In this document: positions 1 through 10,118 of the stretch, one piece after another
How positions within the stretch are numbered: position 1 is the stretch's first letter
How the letters are laid out: the number at the start of each line of letters is the position of its first letter
Virus record (IMG/VR): IMGVR_UViG_3300044619_001118
Coordinates: 10,284 to 74,283 of that record
Source: a virus
Direction: 5' to 3' (one strand)
Length of the DNA: 64,000 nt
Translations under genes and position numbers: made by a program
Notes under the pieces: model-generated
Told to the model about the DNA's origin: nothing
Database searches by the model: none
The model's input: only the letters and a program-made list of their open reading frames with translations

Positions 1-1
1 A

Positions 2-3000
2 TTAGAATTTGCAGACGGACGTGGAGTACCAGTTGATATAGTTGGTGAGGTTCCTGCAAATGTTCAAGGTAATGATAAGTATTTTTCATGGACAAAGGAT
101 GCACCTGGTAACTTTATAGAACCAGATTTTAAAGACCTTTCTAAAAAAATGAGAGATGTAGTCGATAACTATATAATTCATAAGAAAAAGGCACTGGATG
201 ACTCAGATGAAATTCGTGAAATCTTTACTTGGGAGAATGCTGCAAAGATTGCAAATAAAATTCTACAAGAATTTATGAATGAAGATAGTGGATTTGATGA
301 TTCTGTTGCTATTGTTCTTGCTCATGCAAATACTCCGCGTAGAAGACAATTACTAAAAGATTGCTTATCATCTATAAAAATGAAAACTATACTTTCAACA
401 AATTACACTGTTGATGAAGAAACTCAAAAAATGGCTGATTGGGTTGTTTACTCGAAAGAAAATCCAATTCTGTTAAAACATGAATTTCAAAAATATGGTG
501 TTGCTTATTTCAGATGGTGGAACGATGAAAATGGAAATAGAGTAACAGCCCCTTTCGAGTATGAACATGGTTATGCTGCATATGAACTGACAAAAAAAGG
601 TATTCAATATGCAAAACTACTTGGTAAAAAAAGAGTTCATATCATAAACTATGATTATATAATATCATCATCAACGTTGAATCAAAACGAAAAATTATTA
701 GACGAAAATGATATAGTTCTTTATAAGCATGGGGATTGGGACTTTGAACAAACTGCGTATTGTAGTGCTTTCTTTTCTGCTAAGATTGATATTGCTTCAT
801 CGTATTTCACAAAATATAAATCCAAAGAAGATTATTATCGTTCAATGAGTGGTTTCAATATTTTGGAAATTAATATGGCTAATCATTTTAAAGATTCCCC
901 CTATCGTATTTTTGAATCATCTATAAATGACCTTAAAATTGAAAACAAAGTAAATCAAGAACAGGCGGATAACATTACCACCCCATATGTGGAATATGAC
1001 ACGGAATTAAAACAAGATAAAAGTATAAAGGAGACAAAAATGGCACACAGAGAGCAACAAGAATATTGTAGTAAAATAAAAGATATATTCCCAGAATATT
1101 TTAAGGGAAAACGTGTTTTAGATATTGGCTCATTGGATATTAATGGGAACAATAAATACCTTTTTGATGGTTGTGATTATTTTGGATTGGATGTTGGTGA
1201 AGGAGAAAATGTTGATATTGTTTCTGTTGGTCATATATACGATGCACCAAATGAAACGTTCGATACTATTATTTCAACAGAAGTATTTGAACACGATATG
1301 TTTTATGAAGAAACTGTGAAAAACATTATGCGGATGTTGAAACCCGGTGGTTCATTTATTTTTACTTGTGCATCCACCGGCCGACCAGAACATGGGACAC
1401 GTAAGTCGGATGGGAGTTTTGCTGCACCACTACTTATACAAATATCGGAAAAATGGTCAGATTATTACAAGAATATTACAGAAAACGATATTCGTATTAT
1501 AGATGGATTCAATGAGGCATTTCCAGATGGTGTTTTTGAATATAACTCCGTTTCGGGAGATTTATATTTTTTTGGTGTCAAAGGTGGTATCGAATCCTTA
1601 AAAAAACAAATCTCTATAAAAAATGTATCTGATGTAGAGGTTTATTTGACCATAGACAGTGCGGATGATTTATTTCTAAATATTGACTCCAAATCAATCG
1701 TGAAAAAAGACCAAGAAATTATAATCGATATAACTTATGGTGGAGATATTTTATCACATACCGTAAAAACAAATCAACATGAATCAATAAGTCTTGGAAA
1801 ATACAAACGAGGACATACTGTTCGTGTTAGTGAATCTAATATAGAAATTTTTTCAAAATTCTTAGAAAAAACACCAGAATCATTTAGACGACGTAATAGA
1901 TTATTCGGTCTTGGTGTGGATGCAGGTGATGAGAATAAAATCTTTATGAATTTTGTAAACGGCCCATTTATAGAAATAAAAGGAAGTCAAGAATCTACAT
2001 ATATCGTTAAATTTATTGATGACGATAGTGAAAAGATTATTTATCAGACCACTATTAAAAATAATCAATGGGCTATGTGTAATAGAAAATGGTTTGTTAA
2101 TTGGAGAATAAGGATTGAGTATGAAAACGGTAAATTTTATGATTATAAAATCGATTTAAAAAATAGACGAGTATTTATCGTTTTTGAATCATCATCACTC
2201 GGTGACACAATTGCATGGATACCTTACGTTGAAGAGTTCAGAAAGAAACATGGATGTAATGTAATTGTTTCCACGTTCCATAATGAACTATTCCAATTAC
2301 AATATCCTGAAATTGAATTTGTAAAACCAGGGACAACTGTAAATAATTTGTATGGACTTTATCGTCTTGGATGGTTCCATGATGGAAATAATCCAAATTA
2401 TTCTATGAATAAATCTGACTTCACAAAGATACCGCTTCAACAAACAGCAACAGACATTCTTGGTTTAGATTTTGAAGAAATACGTCCTCGTATGAAATCA
2501 ATCGAACCGATGAAATCAGATAAACCATACATTTGTATTGCAAATCATTCGACTGCTCAATCGAAGTATTGGAACAATCCAACAGGTTGGCAAGAGTTAG
2601 TTGATTATGTCAAAGAACTTGGTTATGATGTCTATCTTCTATCCAAAGAAGAAGACGGTTACATGGGTAATAAAAATCCAAAGGGTGTAATAAAAGTTGA
2701 CGGAAAAACATTAGAAGAGATTGGTTCTATTCTTCTTGGTAGTAAAGGATTCATTGGACTTGGAAGTGGATTGTCATGGTTCTCTTGGGCTTTGGAGGTT
2801 CCAACCATTCTCATAAGTGGTTTCTCCGAGACATATCAAGAAATGAAGTCGGTATATCGAATAATAAATGAGTCTGTTTGTCATGGATGTTTTGCTCGTC
2901 ATACATTCGATAAGGGTGATTGGAATTGGTGCCCAGACCATAAAAATACAGATAGACAATTTGAATGTACAAAAGAAATATCGTTTGAAATGATTAAGCC

Positions 3001-3034
3001 AAATGTAAACAAAATATTAGGACTAAATAGATAA
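2..3034 (+). CDS. Multidomain glycosyltransferase, 5'-truncated: GT4-like C-terminus, unknown domain, class I SAM methyltransferase, AAH/TibC-family O-heptosyltransferase
   Basis: Frame is open from base 2, upstream of the ORF-track start at 149 (LEFADGRG...EPDF...FTWENAA, typical GT4 end). VLDIGSLDING is a SAM motif. The C-terminal part has SSSLGDTIAWIPY, STAQSKYWNNP.GW, FIGLGSGLSW, ISGFS and the four-Cys set CHGC...WCP...FEC characteristic of AAH/TibC. Confidence 0.85.
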   Translation, partial: LEFADGRGVPVDIVGEVPANVQGNDKYFSWTKDAPGNFIEPDFKDLSKKMRDVVDNYIIHKKKALDDSDEIREIFTWENAAKIANKILQEFMNEDSGFDDSVAIVLAHANTPRRRQLLKDCLSSIKMKTILSTNYTVDEETQKMADWVVYSKENPILLKHEFQKYGVAYFRWWNDENGNRVTAPFEYEHGYAAYELTKKGIQYAKLLGKKRVHIINYDYIISSSTLNQNEKLLDENDIVLYKHGDWDFEQTAYCSAFFSAKIDIASSYFTKYKSKEDYYRSMSGFNILEINMANHFKDSPYRIFESSINDLKIENKVNQEQADNITTPYVEYDTELKQDKSIKETKMAHREQQEYCSKIKDIFPEYFKGKRVLDIGSLDINGNNKYLFDGCDYFGLDVGEGENVDIVSVGHIYDAPNETFDTIISTEVFEHDMFYEETVKNIMRMLKPGGSFIFTCASTGRPEHGTRKSDGSFAAPLLIQISEKWSDYYKNITENDIRIIDGFNEAFPDGVFEYNSVSGDLYFFGVKGGIESLKKQISIKNVSDVEVYLTIDSADDLFLNIDSKSIVKKDQEIIIDITYGGDILSHTVKTNQHESISLGKYKRGHTVRVSESNIEIFSKFLEKTPESFRRRNRLFGLGVDAGDENKIFMNFVNGPFIEIKGSQESTYIVKFIDDDSEKIIYQTTIKNNQWAMCNRKWFVNWRIRIEYENGKFYDYKIDLKNRRVFIVFESSSLGDTIAWIPYVEEFRKKHGCNVIVSTFHNELFQLQYPEIEFVKPGTTVNNLYGLYRLGWFHDGNNPNYSMNKSDFTKIPLQQTATDILGLDFEEIRPRMKSIEPMKSDKPYICIANHSTAQSKYWNNPTGWQELVDYVKELGYDVYLLSKEEDGYMGNKNPKGVIKVDGKTLEEIGSILLGSKGFIGLGSGLSWFSWALEVPTILISGFSETYQEMKSVYRIINESVCHGCFARHTFDKGDWNWCPDHKNTDRQFECTKEISFEMIKPNVNKILGLNR

Positions 3035-3038
3035 CTTC

Positions 3039-3047
3039 ATATTTATA
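3039..3047 (+). promoter_or_regulatory. Putative late promoter motif ATATTTATA
   Basis: First copy of a motif found in about 18 intergenic gaps upstream of + strand genes (see findings). Confidence 0.7.
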
Positions 3048-3073
3048 GATATATTAATCTTATCATGGAGTAG

Positions 3074-4327
3074 TTGTTGGCAACATGGAATAAAATACTA
3101 GTTAGTGGGAGTAACGCAGAACTATCTGCGATTACTTCTTCGGCAGGTATATTAAGTTCTGGGTCTATAAGACTATCAAGTGGTAGTGAGTTATTAGGAA
3201 CTGCCTCATACGCTAGAAATTCAGCTATTAAATATCTAACTAGTAGTGTTCAAGATTTAACTAGTATAGAAGTAGCCGACTATGATAACAATATTGCAGT
3301 CACATTTATAAATGGTAGTTTAAAATTTATTTTTGGAACACCAACCGTTCCGTCTAGTATTGTACTTTCAACGAGTGGATTTAATGCAAACCGATTCAAT
3401 TTAGAAAATGATAATTACGATGTTAACGGCACTTGGAATAATGGTGGATATACAATACTATCTGCCTCATTATATACTGGTTCTGTATTGTTAACAGAAG
3501 TTTATAGTGGAACATCTTTGACTTCAAATTTAACAACAAGTGGTTCCCAATCGTATAGATTGCAATATACCGCAAGTTCTCCACTTGACGGTAGTATATA
3601 CTCCGGCTCAGCTACTGCGACTGGAACACTTTCAAAAACGAATCCAACCAGTCCTGTTCAAACAGAAACTGGAACTATTCAATTGGGTGTCACTTCAAAT
3701 CAAATTGAACAAGGTGCAACTGGAAGTATTGCAATATCATCAGTAACAAGTTCAGCTAATAGTTGGACTATAACTTCATTCGTTGCAACTGGTTCATTTG
3801 CATCAACAACAATACCTTTGTTTGGAAATTCAAATGGTGTGCAAGCAACTGGAACAGTTTTTGTAACAGGTTCAGCAACCGGTTCATCTGCTATAACGAT
3901 AACAACAACCGCAAATTATAACTCCGGTATATTAAATAATCCAGTTGTAACTACATCTGTAACCGATACTATTACTTATTCTAAAATTCGTAGTTTACGT
4001 TCTGGTGCATCTCCGTCATCAAGTTTTTCATCATCGGAATTGGAAACATTATCTTTGTGGGATACTACACTTGGTGGAAATGTTGGAACGATTTCAAAAG
4101 GAACAACGACTGCATCTGGTCAAAGTGTGACAATAACATGGACAGGTGATAAATATCATTACATTGTGTTTAATTCATCACTTTCAAACTTGACAAATAT
4201 TACAACTGCTGGATTCGGTGTATTATCTTCATTTACACTGAGTACGGTTGGTAGCTATAAAGTTTATAGAACAAATACATTACAAGCCGGTGGTGCCGGA
4301 ACATCAATAACATATGTCTTAACCTAA
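3074..4327 (+). CDS. Ser/Thr-rich virion structural protein (fibre or decoration)
   Basis: 417 aa, beta-rich and S/T/G-rich, about 14 [ST][GA]S motifs. GGAG at 3067 favours a TTG start at 3074 or 3077. Confidence 0.6.
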   Translation: MLATWNKILVSGSNAELSAITSSAGILSSGSIRLSSGSELLGTASYARNSAIKYLTSSVQDLTSIEVADYDNNIAVTFINGSLKFIFGTPTVPSSIVLSTSGFNANRFNLENDNYDVNGTWNNGGYTILSASLYTGSVLLTEVYSGTSLTSNLTTSGSQSYRLQYTASSPLDGSIYSGSATATGTLSKTNPTSPVQTETGTIQLGVTSNQIEQGATGSIAISSVTSSANSWTITSFVATGSFASTTIPLFGNSNGVQATGTVFVTGSATGSSAITITTTANYNSGILNNPVVTTSVTDTITYSKIRSLRSGASPSSSFSSSELETLSLWDTTLGGNVGTISKGTTTASGQSVTITWTGDKYHYIVFNSSLSNLTNITTAGFGVLSSFTLSTVGSYKVYRTNTLQAGGAGTSITYVLT

Positions 4328-4338
4328 AGAGATAATAA

Positions 4339-7300
4339 ATGCCAATTATATTACCTAGTGGATTTCAGATAACCAACAACGAGCCTGCGGATTCGAGGTA
4401 CTCCGTTGCTAACTCTGCATCTCGTTTAGGATTTTCTGCCGCAAATGTTTATGAGGGATTGACGGTATATCAAAGAGATACAAACAAATATTACATATTA
4501 ATTGATACGGGTAGTTATAATTCTGAATCTGGTTGGCAGGAAGTTGGAAGTGTTATGCAAACTGGTTCGTTTGCAACAACTGGTTCAAATATTTTTATAG
4601 GAACCGAAACTATAAGTGGGTCTTTGAACATATCTGGTTCATTGACGATAAACGGAACATCATACACTGCAGCAACTTCAGGGACATCTGGCACATCGGG
4701 AACTTCAGGAAGTTCAGGAACATCTGGCACTTCTGGTTCTTCAGGAACATCAGGTTCATCTGGTACTTCTGGTTCATCGGGGAGTTCAGGAACTTCAGGT
4801 TCATCTGGTACTTCTGGTTCTTCAGGAACATCAGGAACGTCTGGTTCATCAGGAACGTCTGGTTCATCAGGAACATCAGGTTCATCTGGTACTTCTGGTT
4901 CATCAGGAACGTCGGGCTCATCAGGAACTTCTGGTTCTTCAGGAACATCGGGTTCTTCAGGAACATCGGGTTCTTCAGGAACATCTGGTACATCTGGCTC
5001 CTCAGGAACATCTGGCACATCTGGCTCCTCAGGAACATCTGGTTCATCTGGAACTTCAGGTTCATCAGGAACATCTGGTACTTCTGGTTCTTCAGGAACT
5101 TCCGGTTCATCGGGAACATCTGGTTCAAGTGGTACATCGGGAACTGGATTTAACACAATATCAAATCCGTCCGATAACAGAGTTTTAACATCAGATGGAA
5201 CTACAAATGCAGCTTCGGCAGAATCTAATCTAACATTTGATGGGACAACTTTAACAGTTACTGGCGATGCAGTTGTTACTGGTAAACTGACTGTACAAGA
5301 ATTTTATACAGAATTAGTATCATCTTCAATAATTTTTGAAAGTGGTTCGACTAAGTTTGGTAATTCATTCGATGATACACACCAATTTACAGGTTCACTT
5401 CTTACATCTGGGTCGAATGTATTTATCGGTATTCAAACTGTAACTGGTTCTTTACGCACAAGTGGTTCTAATACTCTTATTGGTAATACCGAACTCACCG
5501 GTTCATTTAATGTAAGTGGTAGTCAAGCTTTTGTTGGCACTCAAACTGTAACTGGTTCACTTCTCACATCTGGCTCCAGTGTTCTTGTTGGTAACACTCA
5601 ACTTACAGGTTCATTTGATTTGACGGGTAGTCAAAATACAACTGGATATATCGGTTTCCTTCCAGTTGGGGCATTACCAATTCGAACAGACCAAACTGCT
5701 TCTTATATCTACACAAGTGGCTCAACGAATGACCTTTACTTTACACAACAACAAGGACCATTTACAAACACTACTCGTCTTCGTTGGCTGGAAGGTAATC
5801 TATATACTGGTCTGTTACACGGTGGTAGAATAACATCCGCATCCGCAACAACATTTAATGTTAGTTCTGGTAGTGGTATAATTGTTAATCTAAACGCTTC
5901 ACTTACAGATGACCCGTACCCAACTATTAAGTTTTTAAGATGGGACACATTCCAAAGTCAATCACTGATAAATCTAACATCAAGTATTCAAACATTCTTA
6001 GGTATAGATTCAAATGCACAAATAATCCAACAAACTGTACCGTGGAACAATGGCGAATATAACACTTCTCTTCAACTTGGGACAGTTCTTCACCAAAATT
6101 TATCAACTATAAATGGAACAATTTCTTACCCAAATGTTGCATACGGATACAAACAAAGAACTTATGACTTCATAAAGGCATTCGGTCCACTAAAACTTTC
6201 TGGATATACAATTGTACCAAGTTCTTCTCTTGGTCTTAATGTTGGTAGTGGAACTGCATTTGCAGATGGTAGAAATTATCAAACAGATCCAAATAATCCA
6301 AGTTATATAGTTGATCCTGGAACTGCGGTATCTAAAATATTTAGATATTACCAATCTGGTTCTGGATTCGTTCAAGATACAAACGGTGGTCTCGGTTACA
6401 CGGTAATTGATCCGGCTAATTATAATCTTAATGGTACACTAACCGCTGTACCGGGTGGTGGCTCGAACAGACAATGGTCTATACAGAGAGTTTTCTGGTA
6501 TCCGAATTCAGCAACAAAAGGTATTGTTGTTTATTATGGAAACGCAACATATGAATCCGCAACAGTTGCTATTGCAAATCTTCCATTTGAAACATTTAAT
6601 GAAGTAGAAAATACAAAACAAAATGCCATTTATTTAGGTGCAATGGCACTTAGAAATAATGCCGATTTTACAGATTCAACTTCCTATGTAATTTTACCTG
6701 GTGGTATATTCCGTTCCGTTGGTGGTCAAGGTGGTGGTGGAAATGTTCCAACAACAAGATTAACAGACTTATCTGACGTTGAAACAATTGGTGTTTTAGA
6801 CGGTGATGTATTAGTTTACGATGGTAATGCTAATATTTGGAGACATAATAAAACATTAACCGGAAATTATGCAGTAACTGGTTCTATTAATATAAGTGGT
6901 TCACTTGTAATAAATGGAACGTCATATATGGCAGCAACCTCTGGAACATCAGGAACATCTGGTATAAATGGCACATCTGGCTCTTCTGGAACGTCGGGAA
7001 GTTCAGGAACTTCTGGTTCATCGGGAACATCAGGTACTTCTGGTTCCTCTGGAACTTCTGGTTCTTCAGGTACTTCTGGTTCAAGTGGCACATCTGGTGA
7101 ATCAGGCACATCAGGAAGTTCAGGGACTTCAGGTTCATCGGGAACCTCTGGTTCTTCTGGAACATCAGGAACCTCTGGTGAATCAGGAACGTCAGGTTCA
7201 TCAGGAACGTCAGGTTCATCAGGAACGTCAGGTTCATCAGGAACATCTGGTTCTTCTGGAACATCTGGAACAGGATTTGATACAATAAACAATCCATCAA

Positions 7301-9330
7301 ACGGTAGAGTTTTACTTTCCGATGGTACAACAAATGCAGCTACTGCGTCTTCAAATATAACATTTATTGGTAATACATTTAATGTTACCGGTGATGCTAT
7401 TATTAGCGGAAAACTAACAGCACAAGAATTTTATACGGAATACGTTTCTTCTTCTATTATTTTTGAAAGTGGGTCTACCAAATTTGGAGATTCTCTCGAT
7501 GATATACATGATATAACGGGAAGTTTAAAAATTACTGGTAGTGTTTCTGTACGAGATTTGTCATTAAACAATTTATCTAAATTTGTTGTTTATGACGATA
7601 TAACTGGTCAATTCTATTACAACAATGCTGGTGCCGCCGGTTCAAGTGGAACATCTGGAACATCTGGGACATCTGGTCAAACTGGTACATCTGGAACTTC
7701 TGGTGTAAATGGAACATCGGGGTCATCTGGTAACTCAGGAACCTCAGGTTCATCAGGAACATCAGGTTCTTCAGGAACATCAGGTTCTTCAGGAACATCA
7801 GGTTCATCTGGTGAATCGGGAACCTCAGGTTCATCAGGAACTTCAGGTTCATCTGGTAATTCAGGAACATCAGGTTCATCAGGAACTTCAGGTTCATCGG
7901 GTAACTCAGGAACCTCAGGTTCATCAGGAACATCTGGTTCATCGGGTAATTCAGGAACATCTGGGTCTTCTGGGACATCTGGTTCATCTGGTAATTCAGG
8001 AACATCAGGTTCGTCTGGAACCTCAGGTTCATCTGGTAATTCTGGAACGTCTGGGTCTTCTGGAACATCAGGAAATTCAGGAACTTCAGGTTCATCGGGT
8101 AATTCAGGAACATCTGGTTCGTCTGGAACTTCTGGTGTAAATGGAACATCAGGTTCATCAGGAACTTCCGGCTCATCGGGTAATTCAGGAACTTCGGGTT
8201 CATCGGGAACTTCTGGCTCATCGGGTAATTCAGGAACATCTGGAAGTTCGGGAACTTCTGGTGTAAATGGAACATCTGGAAGTTCGGGAACTTCTGGTGT
8301 AAATGGAACATCTGGAAGTTCTGGAACTTCTGGTGTAAATGGGACATCGGGTTCATCAGGCACTTCTGGTATATCTGGTGCATCGGGAACTTCAGGTTCA
8401 TCAGGAACATCAGGTTCATCTGGTAATTCAGGAACTTCAGGTTCATCAGGAACATCAGGTTCATCTGGTAATTCAGGAACTTCAGGTTCATCAGGAACAT
8501 CAGGAACATCAGGAAATTCAGGAACTTCTGGTTCATCGGGTAATTCAGGAACTTCAGGTTCATCAGGAACATCGGGTTCTTCTGGTAATTCAGGAACATC
8601 AGGAAGTTCAGGAACTTCTGGTGTAAATGGAACATCAGGTTCTTCTGGTAATTCAGGAACGTCTGGGTCTTCAGGTACATCCGGTGCAGGGTTCAACACG
8701 ATAAACAACGCTGGTACTTTCCGTGTTCTACTATCGGATGGTACAACAAATGCAGCTACTGCCTCATCGAATCTATCTATAAACGGTACTGCTTTATCAC
8801 TCACAGGTTCAGCCACAATTTCAAGTTCCGCCAACTCACAACTTACTCTTATTGGTTCAGGTTCATCTAACCCAATCTTTAAGGTACAAGGTTCTCTTGG
8901 TGAATTGTTTGCGGTAACAGATTCAATGTCAGGTTCCCTTTTCTCCGTCAATGATATTTCAGGTCTTCCAATACTTGAAGTATTCTCGGATAATAGAATC
9001 CTTATGGGTGATATACAAGCCCCATCACTTTATACAACAAAGAGAAACTCACTTTCAACGGGTGTAACAACACTTTATAGTGTACCGACGGGTTCTTACA
9101 ATAGTGCTCACGTTGAGTATAATTGTGTGAGTGCCTCCAACGGAAGAGCTGGTACATTTACTGCATTTTGGATTGGTAGTACACTACAATTCAACGAAGT
9201 TTCAACAGTGGATGTTGGAAACTCAACAACACTAACTCTTTCAGGTAGTATATCGGGTGGAAACTTTAACTTACAGGCTTCTGCTTCAAGTGCATCATGG
9301 GTACTAAAGACAATTATTAGAGGTGTGTAA
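4339..9330 (+). CDS. Long fibre protein with three Gly-every-third (SGT/SGS) repeat tracts
   Basis: 1663 aa with three repeat blocks, each followed by a GF.TI.N....RVL.SDGTTNAA.A.SN module. The SSSIIFESGSTKFG module is duplicated, and there is an LTDLSDV...DGDVLVYD fibre motif. Confidence 0.75.
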   Translation: MPIILPSGFQITNNEPADSRYSVANSASRLGFSAANVYEGLTVYQRDTNKYYILIDTGSYNSESGWQEVGSVMQTGSFATTGSNIFIGTETISGSLNISGSLTINGTSYTAATSGTSGTSGTSGSSGTSGTSGSSGTSGSSGTSGSSGSSGTSGSSGTSGSSGTSGTSGSSGTSGSSGTSGSSGTSGSSGTSGSSGTSGSSGTSGSSGTSGSSGTSGTSGSSGTSGTSGSSGTSGSSGTSGSSGTSGTSGSSGTSGSSGTSGSSGTSGTGFNTISNPSDNRVLTSDGTTNAASAESNLTFDGTTLTVTGDAVVTGKLTVQEFYTELVSSSIIFESGSTKFGNSFDDTHQFTGSLLTSGSNVFIGIQTVTGSLRTSGSNTLIGNTELTGSFNVSGSQAFVGTQTVTGSLLTSGSSVLVGNTQLTGSFDLTGSQNTTGYIGFLPVGALPIRTDQTASYIYTSGSTNDLYFTQQQGPFTNTTRLRWLEGNLYTGLLHGGRITSASATTFNVSSGSGIIVNLNASLTDDPYPTIKFLRWDTFQSQSLINLTSSIQTFLGIDSNAQIIQQTVPWNNGEYNTSLQLGTVLHQNLSTINGTISYPNVAYGYKQRTYDFIKAFGPLKLSGYTIVPSSSLGLNVGSGTAFADGRNYQTDPNNPSYIVDPGTAVSKIFRYYQSGSGFVQDTNGGLGYTVIDPANYNLNGTLTAVPGGGSNRQWSIQRVFWYPNSATKGIVVYYGNATYESATVAIANLPFETFNEVENTKQNAIYLGAMALRNNADFTDSTSYVILPGGIFRSVGGQGGGGNVPTTRLTDLSDVETIGVLDGDVLVYDGNANIWRHNKTLTGNYAVTGSINISGSLVINGTSYMAATSGTSGTSGINGTSGSSGTSGSSGTSGSSGTSGTSGSSGTSGSSGTSGSSGTSGESGTSGSSGTSGSSGTSGSSGTSGTSGESGTSGSSGTSGSSGTSGSSGTSGSSGTSGTGFDTINNPSNGRVLLSDGTTNAATASSNITFIGNTFNVTGDAIISGKLTAQEFYTEYVSSSIIFESGSTKFGDSLDDIHDITGSLKITGSVSVRDLSLNNLSKFVVYDDITGQFYYNNAGAAGSSGTSGTSGTSGQTGTSGTSGVNGTSGSSGNSGTSGSSGTSGSSGTSGSSGTSGSSGESGTSGSSGTSGSSGNSGTSGSSGTSGSSGNSGTSGSSGTSGSSGNSGTSGSSGTSGSSGNSGTSGSSGTSGSSGNSGTSGSSGTSGNSGTSGSSGNSGTSGSSGTSGVNGTSGSSGTSGSSGNSGTSGSSGTSGSSGNSGTSGSSGTSGVNGTSGSSGTSGVNGTSGSSGTSGVNGTSGSSGTSGISGASGTSGSSGTSGSSGNSGTSGSSGTSGSSGNSGTSGSSGTSGTSGNSGTSGSSGNSGTSGSSGTSGSSGNSGTSGSSGTSGVNGTSGSSGNSGTSGSSGTSGAGFNTINNAGTFRVLLSDGTTNAATASSNLSINGTALSLTGSATISSSANSQLTLIGSGSSNPIFKVQGSLGELFAVTDSMSGSLFSVNDISGLPILEVFSDNRILMGDIQAPSLYTTKRNSLSTGVTTLYSVPTGSYNSAHVEYNCVSASNGRAGTFTAFWIGSTLQFNEVSTVDVGNSTTLTLSGSISGGNFNLQASASSASWVLKTIIRGV
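4678..5148 (+). repeat. Coding tandem repeat (SGT/SGS)n, block 1
   Basis: 9-nt period TCN-GGN-(A/T)CN, about 157 codons. Confidence 0.95.
6940..7275 (+). repeat. Coding tandem repeat (SGT/SGS/SGE)n, block 2
   Basis: Same period, about 112 codons. Confidence 0.95.
7639..8691 (+). repeat. Coding tandem repeat (SGT/SGS/SGN/VNG)n, block 3
   Basis: Same period, about 350 codons. Confidence 0.95.
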
Positions 9331-10118
9331 TGGCTTTTAGTTTTGGTAAAATGAATGACCCAGATGCAACATTATTCATTCAGGTGTCTGAAATAACGGG
9401 TTCTACACAACGTGGTGCCATCGTTGACCTTGTAAAAGATTTGAAATCAAATAATTTGTGGTCAAAAATGAAAGCCATTTATCCGTTCGTCGGTGGAACT
9501 ACCACAACTCATAAATGGAATCTAAAAGACCCACGAGATGTTGATGATGCGTTTCGTTTGACATTTAGTGGTGGATGGACTCATAGAAGTACAGGTGCTC
9601 TGGGTAACGGTAGTAACGCTTGGGCAAATACTAATCTAAACATTTTTAATAATTTAACGAATGGCGATTTTTCTATTTCGGCATACGTTGTCACTGGTAG
9701 CGTAAATAACCAACAATATACTGGAGAGCTAAATTGCAATGCTAACCCATACAACCCTGCCGGTTTGATAGGATTGAGAGTATTCAACAGGACGATAGGA
9801 AGTGCTCAATTTAATGGTGGCGATGACCGCACGGAAAGTGCCGCGGCTTCGTCTACTACAATGGGATATGCTATTGGTAGTGAAACATCTAATTCAAATA
9901 GAAAATTTTACAAGAATAATTCTTTACTCGATACTAATACAGTAAATTCCACGACGGCGTTACAAAATGGTAATCTATGGCTTTTGTGGGGTGGTTTTGA
10001 ATATGCCTTATCTGAATTAGCTTTTGTACATATTGGTTCCGGTCTAACAGATGCTGAAGCCAGTTCACTCTACACAATAGTCCAAAAATATCAAACAACA
10101 TTAGGAAGACAAGTATGA
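9330..10118 (+). CDS. Putative fibre-tip or receptor-binding beta-sandwich protein, paralog A
   Basis: 262 aa with LWSKMKAIYPFVGG...HKWNLKDPRD at the N-terminus and YQTTLGRQV at the C-terminus. Translationally coupled to the fibre gene. Confidence 0.55.
   Translation: MAFSFGKMNDPDATLFIQVSEITGSTQRGAIVDLVKDLKSNNLWSKMKAIYPFVGGTTTTHKWNLKDPRDVDDAFRLTFSGGWTHRSTGALGNGSNAWANTNLNIFNNLTNGDFSISAYVVTGSVNNQQYTGELNCNANPYNPAGLIGLRVFNRTIGSAQFNGGDDRTESAAASSTTMGYAIGSETSNSNRKFYKNNSLLDTNTVNSTTALQNGNLWLLWGGFEYALSELAFVHIGSGLTDAEASSLYTIVQKYQTTLGRQV
9437..9484 (+). repeat. 48-nt exact direct repeat (second copy 10752-10799)
   Basis: AGATTTGAAATCAAATAATTTGTGGTCAAAAATGAAAGCCATTTATCC is present in both paralogs. Confidence 0.9.
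10072..10116 (+). repeat. 45-nt exact direct repeat (second copy 11432-11476)
   Basis: ACACAATAGTCCAAAAATATCAAACAACATTAGGAAGACAAGTAT is at the 3' end of both paralogs. Confidence 0.9.

Noticed and set aside
4678-8691. Tandem repeats as a possible CRISPR array or satellite
   Set aside because: 9-nt coding period with wobble variation and no unique spacers.
4515-8951. Long alternative-frame and minus-strand ORFs (PDVPEE, MFLMNL, QEHQVH repeats)
   Set aside because: Shadows of the TCN-GGN-ACN repeat, which lacks stops in other frames. They have no RBS or independent context.
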